A DNA stretch of 64,000 nt from a virus (taxonomy: Duplodnaviria; Heunggongvirae; Uroviricota; Caudoviricetes), in IMG/VR virus record IMGVR_UViG_3300025575_000276. The stretch is one strand, 5' to 3'. The position numbers and the translations under genes were made by a program. Positions 1 through 10,778 of the stretch are shown here, in pieces; the first letter of the stretch is position 1; the number at the start of each line of letters is the position of its first letter. The notes beneath the pieces are model-generated. The model was not told the origin of the DNA. It was given only the letters and a program-made list of their open reading frames with translations, and did no database searches.

Positions 1-475
1 CCCTCATAGTCTTATCAAGTGAGGTGTACTTCATAGACCTCTCGGATCTCGTTTTCACTATGACTTCCACATCATAAGGTTCACTAACTCCCTCCCAATC
101 CAACTGTAACTCTATACTGGTTGCATTACCAATGCCTTCTTTTTGAAGGGTTACTGTGCCTTCCATTGTAGCTATATCCAAAGTACCTAATACTGAGGAA
201 CCACTACTAGGAGCATTCAAGTAGATTATTAGTTCGTCCCTTGGATCTATTGGTGCAAACAATGGATTGATTGCTATAATACCACCTACTACAGTACATA
301 ATGTTACACCTTCAACCGGCATATAATATGTTATGTCCTGAGTCTTGTTGAATACATAAAGGAGATTGGTAAGAGTAAACTCATTACCGGGAAGACCCAG
401 AACAAGTATAGACCGTTGATCTATTATCTGGTACCTGCTTTCTCCATCAACTCCAACTATAAATTTTAATGCCAT
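1..475 (-). CDS. hypothetical structural protein. The N-terminal 158 aa are in the window and the gene continues past the window edge
   Basis: Open reading frame on the minus strand from the ATG at about 473-475 down to base 1 with no stop. It is co-oriented and tightly packed with the downstream structural genes. Confidence 0.4.
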   Translation of the reverse strand, partial: MALKFIVGVDGESRYQIIDQRSILVLGLPGNEFTLTNLLYVFNKTQDITYYMPVEGVTLCTVVGGIIAINPLFAPIDPRDELIIYLNAPSSGSSVLGTLDIATMEGTVTLQKEGIGNATSIELQLDWEGVSEPYDVEVIVKTRSERSMKYTSLDKTMR

Positions 476-479
476 ATTG

Positions 480-1673
480 CTAGGATATAAAAGCTGCGTA
501 AATCAATGATTTTATTTTCTTTGTGAGACCTACCCCACTTACAAAAGAGACATATACTCTCTCACTACCTGGTACAGCCCGATCTACATATAGATCGAAC
601 ACATTATCTGCAAGTGGATTATAGAGACTTAAGTCGCCTTGAACCAATCTACAGTACGAAGGGAAAGGATTAGAACTTAAACTTTCACCCTTTATAATCA
701 ACCTTACTTGTTTGCCCTCAATAAGTTTCGACATTGTATAAACCTGATTACTTCCAGCCGTCTTTACAAACTGTTCAAAGTTTCCTATACTCAAATCACT
801 ATCTGAGGAAGAGTCTACTCTCCACACTCTAGTAGATTGGGAACCCTGACCATCAATACCAGACATTATCATTGGAGTTATTGGCTTGAACTTATCCAAC
901 CAGTCAACCCCATACAAGGGTTTCTCCATAAGATCGTAGTGATCTGTAATGTAGTCGATCCTATGGGTCATTTCCAAGTCGGTCCAATTATTATAATCAG
1001 AACTGACCGCTAGAATATACCATCGTAGTACTGTTGCATCCCTAATAAGTTCGTCTACATCACCACCAAACATGGACTTCTCATTTATCTCAACTGCAAG
1101 ATCTGATAATCTCAACCTTGCCCTTATCAAGAATTCGGATATCTCCAACTTCACTTCCTTGGCAATTGGGTATACGCCCGGAAATCTGGGAGGAGTCTCC
1201 ACATGAGGAGTGTTGAAGAAAGCAACGTACTCTTCATCAACGGTACCAACGTAAACCCTATATGCTGCCGTTGTCGAAACAACTATACCTGCTTTTTTCC
1301 AAGCCACAAAACTGCAACCTGCGTTTGGTGTGGCTAGTAAGTTAATAGAATTACCCCAACCATATACAGGTATATTTGAAGGAGTTACAGTACCCCCACC
1401 GGAACTATCCACAACTACTGTTATTACAGGTGTCACTACAAATGTTGCAGTACAAAGGGTGTCTCCGGTCAATATATCCTGTAATAAACTCTGCCCTTTA
1501 GATCCAGATTTTGTTGGTTGATCCGTAGGTCCCCAATCCCACCCAACGAACATGTACCCGGAATTAGGAGTAGGGGTTAACGTGAATGTAGCCCCTATGT
1601 CATATAACCCGGCACCTGTTACAGTCCCGGACCCGGAAGGAGTGATAACTACCGTTACTAGTGCTTGTGCCAT
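480..1673 (-). CDS. virion-associated protein with two Listeria-Bacteroides-type repeats (GYxFxGW). It could be a fiber or decoration protein
   Basis: Two N-terminal repeats of about 45 aa are visible, 'TPNSGYMFVGWDW' and 'TPNAGCSFVAWKK'. The ORF is 397 aa and sits in the late minus-strand block. Confidence 0.5.
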   Translation of the reverse strand: MAQALVTVVITPSGSGTVTGAGLYDIGATFTLTPTPNSGYMFVGWDWGPTDQPTKSGSKGQSLLQDILTGDTLCTATFVVTPVITVVVDSSGGGTVTPSNIPVYGWGNSINLLATPNAGCSFVAWKKAGIVVSTTAAYRVYVGTVDEEYVAFFNTPHVETPPRFPGVYPIAKEVKLEISEFLIRARLRLSDLAVEINEKSMFGGDVDELIRDATVLRWYILAVSSDYNNWTDLEMTHRIDYITDHYDLMEKPLYGVDWLDKFKPITPMIMSGIDGQGSQSTRVWRVDSSSDSDLSIGNFEQFVKTAGSNQVYTMSKLIEGKQVRLIIKGESLSSNPFPSYCRLVQGDLSLYNPLADNVFDLYVDRAVPGSERVYVSFVSGVGLTKKIKSLIYAAFIS

Positions 1674-1675
1674 AA

Positions 1676-2389
1676 TTAACAGAATTCGTATGGGTTAGAG
1701 TTTAATACACTTTCAACTAATGTTTGCGAGATGCTCTTTTCACTATCTTCAAACTTAACCTTGGCACCTACAATCATAGTCTCAACATAAGAAATAGCTT
1801 TAAACGTGTCGTGGAACTCAGGGCTGTTCTTTCCCTTTATCAGTCCCAGATCCGCTAACTTTCCAATCCTGTCTGCAAGTTCAAGTTCAATATGAGGAGT
1901 AAAAAGGTTCTCCATACTGATATTCTGAATGCTGGAGATTGAGAGTGCTTGTTGAGGACTTATAGTTACTCCATCACTTTTGATGAGGTTAGTGTCCTTA
2001 TCGTAATAGGTAGACTTAGTTTTATCAGTCGGGATTGCCATAGCGTAGATAGTGTACCATCCATCTAACTCAATAGGGAAAGTGAATACTCTCCTTATAT
2101 CGTTGTAGTTTGTACATACTTTAGTCAAAGCAGTCACTACAGGGGATCCTGTAGGAACAACTAACTTGATACCTGAACTGGAGTTGTAGTATGCGAGAAG
2201 CACTAATGCTAACTCGTCAACTTTAGGGTACTGAACGTCCAGACCATCATTAAATGAGGTGTTATAATTATTGAATCCTTGAACACCGTCGCCAGTGGAG
2301 AACCCAATATTATCTTCGACAACAAAGAATTTCCCTTCTCTGTCAATCCCTTTAACCACTAATAGGTCAGAATTCAATACTATGTTCAT
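1676..2389 (-). CDS. hypothetical structural protein
   Basis: The ORF is 237 aa. Its start overlaps the upstream portal-candidate stop by 4 nt and it lies in the same operon. Confidence 0.5.
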   Translation of the reverse strand: MNIVLNSDLLVVKGIDREGKFFVVEDNIGFSTGDGVQGFNNYNTSFNDGLDVQYPKVDELALVLLAYYNSSSGIKLVVPTGSPVVTALTKVCTNYNDIRRVFTFPIELDGWYTIYAMAIPTDKTKSTYYDKDTNLIKSDGVTISPQQALSISSIQNISMENLFTPHIELELADRIGKLADLGLIKGKNSPEFHDTFKAISYVETMIVGAKVKFEDSEKSISQTLVESVLNSNPYEFC

Positions 2390-4671
2390 ATCTTGTCCTC
2401 GTTTATTTTACGTGCTTGTCCAGTACTTAGGTATAGTTGGTCTTTCTCTAGTTTTATACCTTCCATTTTCAATTCGATGTCCCTCTCTTTGTGTTCCCGG
2501 TTTATATCATTGGTATCTTTAGCAATTTCATAAGTGGCCTTAGCTTTGAAAGTATCCAGATCAAGCTTCTTACTCTCTAGTTCCTGTTTGAACTGATCAA
2601 ACTTTTTAAGTTGTTGAACTACATCAGCATGATCTTTCTGTAACTGTTCATTCTGACTACTAAGGTTCTGAATCTGACTCTGGTAATTGTTAGATTCTTT
2701 CATACTCTGGTCGAGAATGTACACCATGTCACTAACGTTATCCTGCATCAGAACCTTGAATACAACATCCGGAGCAATAATCTTAGCATTGATTAATATT
2801 GGGATCATTTGCCGTATCTCCATTTTCTTTGCATACTCGTTGGATGAACTGGTTACATGGATATTATAATCTGAGTAACAGAAATACTTAGGCATGATAC
2901 TAAACATATTCACTCCACTTGCAGTCGTAAATGACCCAGTGTACCCAGAGTTCAAAGTAAGCTGACACCCCTGAATAAGATCGGTTATAAGGTGCTTCGT
3001 GAGTATATCATGGTGATCAAAAAGATTCTTAGTAACTAAGGATGCTTGGGTTACACCCATTTTAGCATTACTCACTGCTTCCCTTTGTTCGATCATACCC
3101 ATCATCTGCGGTGTTACCCCGGTGATTGCAGAGGCATCATCGTCAAGCATCTGAAGGGTTGCATTAATAGCACTTAGAGAATTACCATCAAGTGAATCAT
3201 CAAAACCACCATAATTATTAAAGTCCTTTGCGCCATCCTGAGAAGCAGATACAAGGCTAATACCTTGTTTTTTGTACGCCATGTATTTCATAATCCTTGT
3301 CACTGGTTCAGGATCTAGGAATTCAGGAATAGCATCGTAGTTTGTGTTGGATCCCTTCACACCACTATTGGCGATAAGGTTGTCCCTATGGTATCTTAGG
3401 ATATCAGAATCATCCTGAACATCCTTAGCTTTCCAACATAATGAGTAGGGATCTCCACTCCTATCTGAATACTGGATGCCGTTAAAAGTAGTGTGACAAA
3501 CATTCTCGTCCTTCTTACTTCTTACGATGTAGGAACTCTTACCCATATCAAGGTATATGTCAGATTCTATGCGAACACTTTGATACCTATCTTGTCTCCA
3601 TCGTTTCTTATTTGCTTTACCCGGACCATCTACAAGTTGGTTTAACATGGTGGCTTCAGGATCGATATCATAAGGGTTATTTGCGATCCATTCGCATTCA
3701 TAAACTGTATGAATGTCAGCTTCTCTCATTGTCTTCCTATCTCCTTTAAACTGTTGTTCTCTGGATGTACGTTCAAGTAAAGCTGCACTGTTTATCGCAG
3801 CTCCTCTAGTAATAGTAGGAAGTGTAAACAGATCCTCCATATCTTCCTTACTCATCAAATGGCCGTACCTTGTAAGTATCTCGGTCTTTGTCATATACCT
3901 AACGTATACAATTCTTTGAGCATTCTTAAGATACTGCTGGTCTCTACGAGTATGGTAATAAAGGTTCTCAGGAATAAGAATTTCTACCTCTGGAAGTTTA
4001 CCTTTCTCTATGGCTCTGACCCTGTAGGCAGCTATACCGATAACACAAAGATCCTCGAACAGGAGTTTCCTTTTCTGGTGCATGTCGATATCAATATCCT
4101 CTTGAAAATACTTGAGCATATTGTTACAGGTATGTACGAATACAGATCTCCACTCCCTATCAACTTTCTCTTTGGTTTCCTCGATGAGGTTTTTAATATT
4201 CAATGGAGTTGTTGGGTTACCAGGTTGTGCAGTTGGATCTAATGGCATCATGCTTTTAGACAATTTAATATGTTCGTCTATAGCTGCGTATACTTCCTGT
4301 AAGTGAGCAAAGACCTTCTCTTGCATCATTGCACTAAGGGTATCCTGATCCATTACAGTAACCTTGTAATCAAATGTGGCAGAGGCCAGTAATCCAATCA
4401 TCACATCAATCCTGTTCCTAATAATAGGACGGAATTTTAGTTCGGCTGGATTGCCAATACCTTTATTGTCTGTAAGATACTTAAATTCCTTCTCATCTCT
4501 TATGCCTTCATACATATCCCTCATCTTTGCAAACTTCTGTCTGGCAGAACTATTAGTCGAAACAAGGTCAGCAATCATCCAGTCAGTGTACCCAACAAGG
4601 TAGTCTACGTTCTTCTTTTCTTCTTCGGTTGTAGTGTAATCGCTAAGGGCTATGGAGTTAATATTGTACAT
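2386..4671 (-). CDS. putative portal protein
   Basis: The ORF is 761 aa and follows the terminase-like gene in transcription order. It has a C-terminal coiled-coil tail. The call rests on size and synteny only. Confidence 0.4.
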   Translation of the reverse strand: MYNINSIALSDYTTTEEEKKNVDYLVGYTDWMIADLVSTNSSARQKFAKMRDMYEGIRDEKEFKYLTDNKGIGNPAELKFRPIIRNRIDVMIGLLASATFDYKVTVMDQDTLSAMMQEKVFAHLQEVYAAIDEHIKLSKSMMPLDPTAQPGNPTTPLNIKNLIEETKEKVDREWRSVFVHTCNNMLKYFQEDIDIDMHQKRKLLFEDLCVIGIAAYRVRAIEKGKLPEVEILIPENLYYHTRRDQQYLKNAQRIVYVRYMTKTEILTRYGHLMSKEDMEDLFTLPTITRGAAINSAALLERTSREQQFKGDRKTMREADIHTVYECEWIANNPYDIDPEATMLNQLVDGPGKANKKRWRQDRYQSVRIESDIYLDMGKSSYIVRSKKDENVCHTTFNGIQYSDRSGDPYSLCWKAKDVQDDSDILRYHRDNLIANSGVKGSNTNYDAIPEFLDPEPVTRIMKYMAYKKQGISLVSASQDGAKDFNNYGGFDDSLDGNSLSAINATLQMLDDDASAITGVTPQMMGMIEQREAVSNAKMGVTQASLVTKNLFDHHDILTKHLITDLIQGCQLTLNSGYTGSFTTASGVNMFSIMPKYFCYSDYNIHVTSSSNEYAKKMEIRQMIPILINAKIIAPDVVFKVLMQDNVSDMVYILDQSMKESNNYQSQIQNLSSQNEQLQKDHADVVQQLKKFDQFKQELESKKLDLDTFKAKATYEIAKDTNDINREHKERDIELKMEGIKLEKDQLYLSTGQARKINEDKI

Positions 4672-5030
4672 CGGCTTTCGGGTTATAGGTTATAATATAG
4701 TCATAAATTTTACTATTTGCAAATATATTATAACGAGAAAACAAGATACTTCAAAAATAGGTAATAAAAAAAGTATACGGTAATTGTTGGAAGTGTGGTA
4801 TTTAAACTACTACTTTTGTAGTATAATATTTCGAACTATGGGTATGAGCAACAGAGAAAATATAAACAAGACTATTGAATGGTACGATCAGCACGGACTG
4901 GGGATATATTCTAATGACCCAAAAGTGCAGGAGATGCTTAACGATCTCTCCTTCGAGACCATATACACATTCCCTGCACTTACTGCAAACTATTCGTATA
5001 AGGGTACTAATAACCCTGAGGATCAGGATT

Positions 5031-5660
5031 CTATTCTGTTATAGTCGCAACTAAGTCGTAGCGGACAAGTACTCTGTATTCTTTTTTCCTTACTGATATG
5101 GGGACACCGCAAGCATCGTGGAAGATAACTTTATCTCCTGCAACTACTTCATCTACATCATCTGAAACTGATTTAATTATCCCTTTACGAAGACTGCGAT
5201 CCAAGACACTATCTCGTTTTGCAGTGTCAGGGATAATAATTCCTCCTTTTGTCATATTACTGAAAGCCTCTACTTCAACAATAACTCTATCCTTGTAAGG
5301 TTTAAAAGAGTCAATATTGAATTCCGCAAACTCACCGGAGTTCTTTAAAATAAGCATACCTACTTCAACTAGTTTGATGAAATCATCCCCTTCTGTTGAA
5401 ATAGTAACTTCGGACAACCGATCAAAAATAACCTTGTCCCCTACCTTGAAGAACCCATTACATTTCTTTTCTGCGTTGGGACTAAGTTCTAAAACTTCTC
5501 CTTCATATATCTCAATGTCTGTGAAGTACTCACTTAGTTTTGTGCTGTTTGCGAGTACAATACCGGATGTGGTTTTGATCTCTTTTGGTAGTTCTACCTT
5601 TACTTTTACATAATCTCTGAGAGGTCTTACAGACCCTACATTCTCTTTAGCATTAATCAT
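5031..5660 (-). CDS. hypothetical protein
   Basis: The ORF is 209 aa and lies between the terminase-like and portal-like genes. Confidence 0.5.
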   Translation of the reverse strand: MINAKENVGSVRPLRDYVKVKVELPKEIKTTSGIVLANSTKLSEYFTDIEIYEGEVLELSPNAEKKCNGFFKVGDKVIFDRLSEVTISTEGDDFIKLVEVGMLILKNSGEFAEFNIDSFKPYKDRVIVEVEAFSNMTKGGIIIPDTAKRDSVLDRSLRKGIIKSVSDDVDEVVAGDKVIFHDACGVPISVRKKEYRVLVRYDLVATITE

Positions 5661-5731
5661 ATTACGTTGTTGTTTAGTTGTTCTATTTAGAAGATACGAA
5701 AATACCTAATGTTTTATTCATTTGCAATATA

Positions 5732-7978
5732 TTAAAACGATAATTCAAATAATAATTTTGGTGCTGTTGTTCCTATTGTGTTCGTCTCACAAGGATCTAC
5801 AAAATTGAGAGGTGGTACTTCTGCAAATGAGTCCAGATCCTTAGGGGCCTCATATCCTAGTTTTGTGTACTGGGTTTCGAAACTTTCCCTTTCAGGTAAC
5901 GCTCCAAACTGTTTATACCCATCAGTATCATAGTAGTAACCAAAGAGTCTCATATTGTTAGTTGCCTTCTGAGTACTCTTAGCAACCAACCCGGATGCAT
6001 CATACTCCTCATCCAACATCTCACACATACCCATGGCAGCGATCATGTCAAACTTTCGTTTCATCTCAATGGAGTATTCACCCAACTGTTTTAGTATTTC
6101 CTCAAAGAAGATAAGTTCACTGAAGTCACATACATACTCCTTGATCTTATTGTTGTAGTGAATCACAACCTTCTCGTGAGCAGGAGAACCGTAAATGTTT
6201 GGGATCTTACTTGCATCCACACCACCTGACCAGATACTTGGTTGCTTGGCCATGTACTGTAACATACCCTTGTCCCGGAAATAACTGATTACTTCCTTCT
6301 TGGTACGTTCAACATTGAACTTACAGTTATACCAGATAGCAAGTTTAAGGGAGATCTCGAAAGCATCCCTCTCATCTCCCGGCCTATCCAAATAGTAAGC
6401 AACGTACAAGTTACCAGTCTTCTCAGCAGACAGGTATTTCTTCTTAACTACTGCACAGAACTTGGAACCGTCAGCACCAACAAGGGAGTTATTCGCACCC
6501 ATATCAATACCGTCAATACCTCCTATGTACAGGTTCTTAAATAGCTTACCGTTAGGATCTCTCTCCGGTTCCTCCAAAACAACTACACGCCCATTGATGT
6601 TCTCTATGAACTCAACACCAGTTATCTTCCTGGTACCTTTTGCATATACCCATTGAAGTTCACCTCTCTTTGGTTTTGGCATAGTCTTATCTTGCTTCAA
6701 CCTGATCATCTGATTGGCGATCTTAATTGAGTCAAAAATGTTTGTACCAGATTTCAAGAAGGCCTCTTCTGCCCAGAATGGGTACTCTGCTTTTAAGTTC
6801 CTAAGTTCTTCTACAGCACCTTCACTTTCAAAGTTATCCCTATGAACCTTATAGTGATTGTAGGCCAATTCAATGTCCGTAACTCCATGTGAGTCCATGT
6901 ACTTCTGCATACACAGATATACCGGGAAGAAGAAACCAGTTTCGACTATTGACCCATCCTGTGTAAACTTGTGTCTGATTGGGAGCATATTGAACACACT
7001 TGGTTTGTAGTACATATCCATCAAACCTTCGAGTGCCTCACCTCCTGAAGACTCGTCACCACCTGTACCAAATCCAATTAGGGTACCGAACTTCTCTCCA
7101 CCAATTTCTGTTAGGGCCTTGGCTGTCATTACTGTTTTCTTGGACATCCTAAAGGAACCAAGCTCTTCAAACACCAGATAATTTGTACGAGTACCACGGA
7201 GTTTATCCGGGGAGTCAATTACCTGTCCGATAATCTCTGATCGCCATCCGGACTCTACACGTTCCCTATCAAGTAGGGATGCCCTTTTGTGAAACTTGGA
7301 ATTTATATTCTGACGTAATCTCTTGAATCCCTTCTGAGTATTCTCATTAACCCAGTCAAGATTTCTCCATGCTTTGTTAAGGATACCATCCTTGATAAGA
7401 TACTGTTCTTTAGATGCACAAAACATAGTCACCGAATTGGCGACAGAGTTGTACATGTTGCACCCCATATTGGCAACGTACTCAGACCAACCCACACCTC
7501 GGGGTTTAACACATACCGCATCCTTCTCTAAAGCCTTGCACCACTCGATGTAATGAGCGAAACAATAATGGGCTTCCCAGAAGTGCGGATGTGCCAGAAC
7601 ACGATCCTTCCTACCGTTAACAGTCACCACAACCGGCAACACGTAAAAGTTTAGGAAGTTGTACAAGTCTCCCGGACAGAAATATCCGTGAACTGTGTAA
7701 CCATCACGGCACCTTCTAAGTTGTTCTGTCCAGTATTCTCTATATGCAGCAGAACCAAAGGGAGCTGTTGTATAACTCCCTTTGTTCTTTTCTGCATCTA
7801 GTTTCGCAGGAGCAAACCATTTAGGGTCAAACCTGTCAGATATTGGCTTGTATTTTGACAGGTGCCACTTATCCTTATTCAGATCCATCATCTCCTCAAA
7901 TGAGGACAGTCCTTGAACTTCCTTGATGAACTCCCTATTTCTTTGTAGGACCCTGTATATTGGTTTATCTAATGCCAT
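5732..7978 (-). CDS. terL: putative terminase large subunit
   Basis: A deviant P-loop 'KPRGVGWSE' is followed by a Walker-B-like 'NYLVFEELG'. The C-terminal region has a 'LYIGGIDGIDMG' nuclease-like hhhGhDxG motif. The ORF is 748 aa. Confidence 0.5.
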   Translation of the reverse strand: MALDKPIYRVLQRNREFIKEVQGLSSFEEMMDLNKDKWHLSKYKPISDRFDPKWFAPAKLDAEKNKGSYTTAPFGSAAYREYWTEQLRRCRDGYTVHGYFCPGDLYNFLNFYVLPVVVTVNGRKDRVLAHPHFWEAHYCFAHYIEWCKALEKDAVCVKPRGVGWSEYVANMGCNMYNSVANSVTMFCASKEQYLIKDGILNKAWRNLDWVNENTQKGFKRLRQNINSKFHKRASLLDRERVESGWRSEIIGQVIDSPDKLRGTRTNYLVFEELGSFRMSKKTVMTAKALTEIGGEKFGTLIGFGTGGDESSGGEALEGLMDMYYKPSVFNMLPIRHKFTQDGSIVETGFFFPVYLCMQKYMDSHGVTDIELAYNHYKVHRDNFESEGAVEELRNLKAEYPFWAEEAFLKSGTNIFDSIKIANQMIRLKQDKTMPKPKRGELQWVYAKGTRKITGVEFIENINGRVVVLEEPERDPNGKLFKNLYIGGIDGIDMGANNSLVGADGSKFCAVVKKKYLSAEKTGNLYVAYYLDRPGDERDAFEISLKLAIWYNCKFNVERTKKEVISYFRDKGMLQYMAKQPSIWSGGVDASKIPNIYGSPAHEKVVIHYNNKIKEYVCDFSELIFFEEILKQLGEYSIEMKRKFDMIAAMGMCEMLDEEYDASGLVAKSTQKATNNMRLFGYYYDTDGYKQFGALPERESFETQYTKLGYEAPKDLDSFAEVPPLNFVDPCETNTIGTTAPKLLFELSF

Positions 7979-8724
7979 TATTCACACACCTCTCTATCAA
8001 CTATAAAGTACTGATTGTTTATAAATTTAATCACTTGAACAGAGGCCTTTCCTTTGAACACATCAACTAACCCAAATGAATTTACCCAGTAAGACTTTGT
8101 ACCTTCTTCAGCATAATCAAAGAAATCATGTTCCGGATCTCCCATCCACCCTATGTTATAAGCGCAGTATAGACCTTCATCAAAGACCTGATGCCTGTGC
8201 GTATGGCCAAACATGATATTGCATTTATATACCTCGCAGTGTTTTTTTGCAGCATGAATGTTATAATAAACACCGTGGATTAACTTAAGGTCACCTAACA
8301 TGTGGTAGGCTTTCTTTCTAGGGTTATCATAAACAGTGTACCCTCTCTTATCCAGATCAAGCGCATCCCTGATGTCCTTTATTGCAGTGCCATACTTTGA
8401 CACTTCCAACTTAAGACTCTCACGTTTGAACCTTCCTTCGTGATTACCGTACAGGAAGATCTTTTCCTTACCTTCTCCCAGAGCTTCATCGAACAGGTCA
8501 AGCAGATTGTTGGCCATCTCATACTCCCTACCAAGGTTAATACCAACAACCATCCCTTTATTATGGGCACTGATTGAAGGAAGATCCATGAAATCTCCGG
8601 TAAAGATTATACCTTTAATTCTGATTCTGTTACGCCTTATGTACCGCAGAACAGCCTTTACAAACTTAGCATTATATGCCGGGCAGTGAATGTCTGGAAG
8701 TACTAACCATCTTTCTACTATCAT
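7978..8724 (-). CDS. calcineurin-like metallophosphoesterase
   Basis: The motifs appear in order: 'LPDIHCP' (DxH), 'TGDFMD' (GDxxD), 'GNHEGR' (GNHE) and 'FGHTHRH' (GHxH). Confidence 0.7.
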   Translation of the reverse strand: MIVERWLVLPDIHCPAYNAKFVKAVLRYIRRNRIRIKGIIFTGDFMDLPSISAHNKGMVVGINLGREYEMANNLLDLFDEALGEGKEKIFLYGNHEGRFKRESLKLEVSKYGTAIKDIRDALDLDKRGYTVYDNPRKKAYHMLGDLKLIHGVYYNIHAAKKHCEVYKCNIMFGHTHRHQVFDEGLYCAYNIGWMGDPEHDFFDYAEEGTKSYWVNSFGLVDVFKGKASVQVIKFINNQYFIVDREVCE

Positions 8725-9140
8725 ACACTTGTTAGTTTTTGTTCGAAGTCTGTGTCTACAATTATTACAGAAGAAGTCTCTATGACAGCCTCTGAAATCA
8801 CTATGTTTGTGAAGAGTGGTTTGATAGGGATATCTAATAGAGATAGAATCCCATCCTTCAAGTTCTCAATCCGCTTACATGTTAAACACTTATCTGCTTC
8901 AGGAGTAGGAAAAAGATCATTGATCATCTTTACTTTGGCCGGAGGGTAAATGTACATTCTTGAAAGTGCTAAGAGTATCTGGTCCCTATTTAATTCCGTA
9001 TCTTCGGTAACTGTACCTAGTTCCCCATAGAACTCAAACTCCTTCTTGTGTGCTATAACAATATCCTTAACTGCTCTTGGAGTTTTCATTACTTCAAGTG
9101 CAAGGGAAGTTATAGACATTTTATTGTCTTCTAATTTCAT
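8721..9140 (-). CDS. hypothetical protein
   Basis: The ORF is 139 aa and overlaps the downstream gene by 4 nt. Confidence 0.5.
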   Translation of the reverse strand: MKLEDNKMSITSLALEVMKTPRAVKDIVIAHKKEFEFYGELGTVTEDTELNRDQILLALSRMYIYPPAKVKMINDLFPTPEADKCLTCKRIENLKDGILSLLDIPIKPLFTNIVISEAVIETSSVIIVDTDFEQKLTSV

Positions 9141-9176
9141 GCGTTGGCTATATATTTAAACGATATTAAACAATAC

Positions 9177-9755
9177 TTAATTTCTCTTCTGATCAAACAG
9201 TCCCGGCTCAGAATCACCACGGATTGCAGACTCTTTTTCGAGTTCTTTACTTACCTGGTATTCTAAATCCTGTATCCCAGAAACGGCATCACCTAAATTG
9301 GCAATGTTGGACATGGCCTCTTTAGGACTGTACTTAAGTTTACCATGATCATCGACATCTGTAAAGTTGGCACTTTCAAAATACACCCTGAGAGAGTCAA
9401 CCAATTTATGAGAACTGTTCAGTAGTTTCATAATCCTTGAATCAAAACTCTGGTACTTTGCCTTTGCATTTCGAACTATAGGATCAATGAAGTCAGACTC
9501 TGGTAATCCCGAGTCATTCCTAGCATACTTTTCCCTTATCGAGTCAGGTTCATTTGAATAATCACACCTGTAATCTGAAGACAAGTATATGTATTTGAAC
9601 ACGTTGTATGCCCAACCTTTCTTTATACCTGAAGGATCATCCTTACTAATATTCCTAGGGTCACTCCATACATCCGCAAACTCTGGATGTAGGAGTACCT
9701 CTGGTTTATTGAGTATGAGTTCATTATCCTCCATTATGAAGATGTGCACTCTCAT
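9177..9755 (-). CDS. hypothetical protein
   Basis: The ORF is 192 aa. Confidence 0.5.
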   Translation of the reverse strand: MRVHIFIMEDNELILNKPEVLLHPEFADVWSDPRNISKDDPSGIKKGWAYNVFKYIYLSSDYRCDYSNEPDSIREKYARNDSGLPESDFIDPIVRNAKAKYQSFDSRIMKLLNSSHKLVDSLRVYFESANFTDVDDHGKLKYSPKEAMSNIANLGDAVSGIQDLEYQVSKELEKESAIRGDSEPGLFDQKRN

Positions 9756-10438
9756 ACGGATCGTTTTATTGGTGAGAGTGTAGGCACTAGTCCGGTATAA
9801 TCGGACAACTCTACATCGTGTAACATACTCTTCTCAATAAGAAACTTAACTATGTCGGCACCTGTCTTCCATAGGAAGGAAGTAGTGTCCCGAGTGTAGT
9901 TCGTAGATAGAGTAAGGTCTATGTCACCCTGTCTTGTGAATACTATACGGCCAAATGTGATTGGCTTTTTAGCCTCCCTCCATGGGTAACTAAAATCAAA
10001 TATGAAGTCGTAGTCAGGAAAGTCTCTCTTTTTAACGAGTTCATTACACACAAGATCCACCAAGTCAAGGTAGGTCTTTCCTTTTAAAACATCTTCGCTC
10101 ATATACTTGAAGTAGTAGAACTTGTCCGAATGATGAATAGTTCCATTCGGAATCGACACACCAATTAATTCGTGTATCCTGCTAGGGACTTTAAAAACAC
10201 CCATATTCTTCTTTTTTATTTCGTCAGGAGTTGCATACCTGAGGTCTTTCGAGCTGTAAAGGTTCTTGTTAATTGATCCGTTTTTATCGAACCAAAAACA
10301 TCTAATGCCTAGTAATGATGTAGTTCCAGTCTTTAACATAGACCTAACAATTTTATCCACCATCATCACCGGCCTATTCTGAAGTTCCTGTCGTAGAATT
10401 ACAACATCCCCTTCTTTAAAGTATTTATCTTTATCCAT
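9752..10438 (-). CDS. hypothetical protein
   Basis: The ORF is 228 aa and overlaps the downstream gene by 4 nt. Confidence 0.5.
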   Translation of the reverse strand: MDKDKYFKEGDVVILRQELQNRPVMMVDKIVRSMLKTGTTSLLGIRCFWFDKNGSINKNLYSSKDLRYATPDEIKKKNMGVFKVPSRIHELIGVSIPNGTIHHSDKFYYFKYMSEDVLKGKTYLDLVDLVCNELVKKRDFPDYDFIFDFSYPWREAKKPITFGRIVFTRQGDIDLTLSTNYTRDTTSFLWKTGADIVKFLIEKSMLHDVELSDYTGLVPTLSPIKRSV

Positions 10439-10448
10439 ATCTCATGCA

Positions 10449-10778
10449 TTATATAAAATCAAATTTGAATACTAGACAACCTAAATTCTCCGGATATGGA
10501 AACTTTGATGCGTAGGACCTATTAACCCTGTTGTAATCTAACAGAGACTTCTTCTTAAGAGCGTTTATTGTGTTGTTGAAACTATATACCCCTAAACCTG
10601 TTGCCTCTCTTACAGACGGTCTATTTGCCCTATTCAATAAACCTGCTTTTAGGATCTCTGATAATACCAGGCATTCTGTGAGAGTGACAGCCCCACGAGT
10701 TCTTAGTTTTAAATAGTGCTCAAGAAAAGTTCTCTCAGTAACACGAATGGGTACTACTTCCAGTCTCCCTGTTAACAT
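10449..10778 (-). CDS. hypothetical protein
   Basis: The ORF is 109 aa and is the first long gene of the minus-strand block. Confidence 0.45.
   Translation of the reverse strand: MLTGRLEVVPIRVTERTFLEHYLKLRTRGAVTLTECLVLSEILKAGLLNRANRPSVREATGLGVYSFNNTINALKKKSLLDYNRVNRSYASKFPYPENLGCLVFKFDFI

Noticed and set aside
7978-8724. That the metallophosphoesterase is an Mre11/SbcD nuclease partner of the ABC ATPase at 30210
   Set aside because: The two genes are 21 kb apart on opposite strands and in different modules. At 248 aa the phosphoesterase lacks the Mre11 capping domain. I treat it as a lambda-PPase-like phosphoesterase of unknown substrate.
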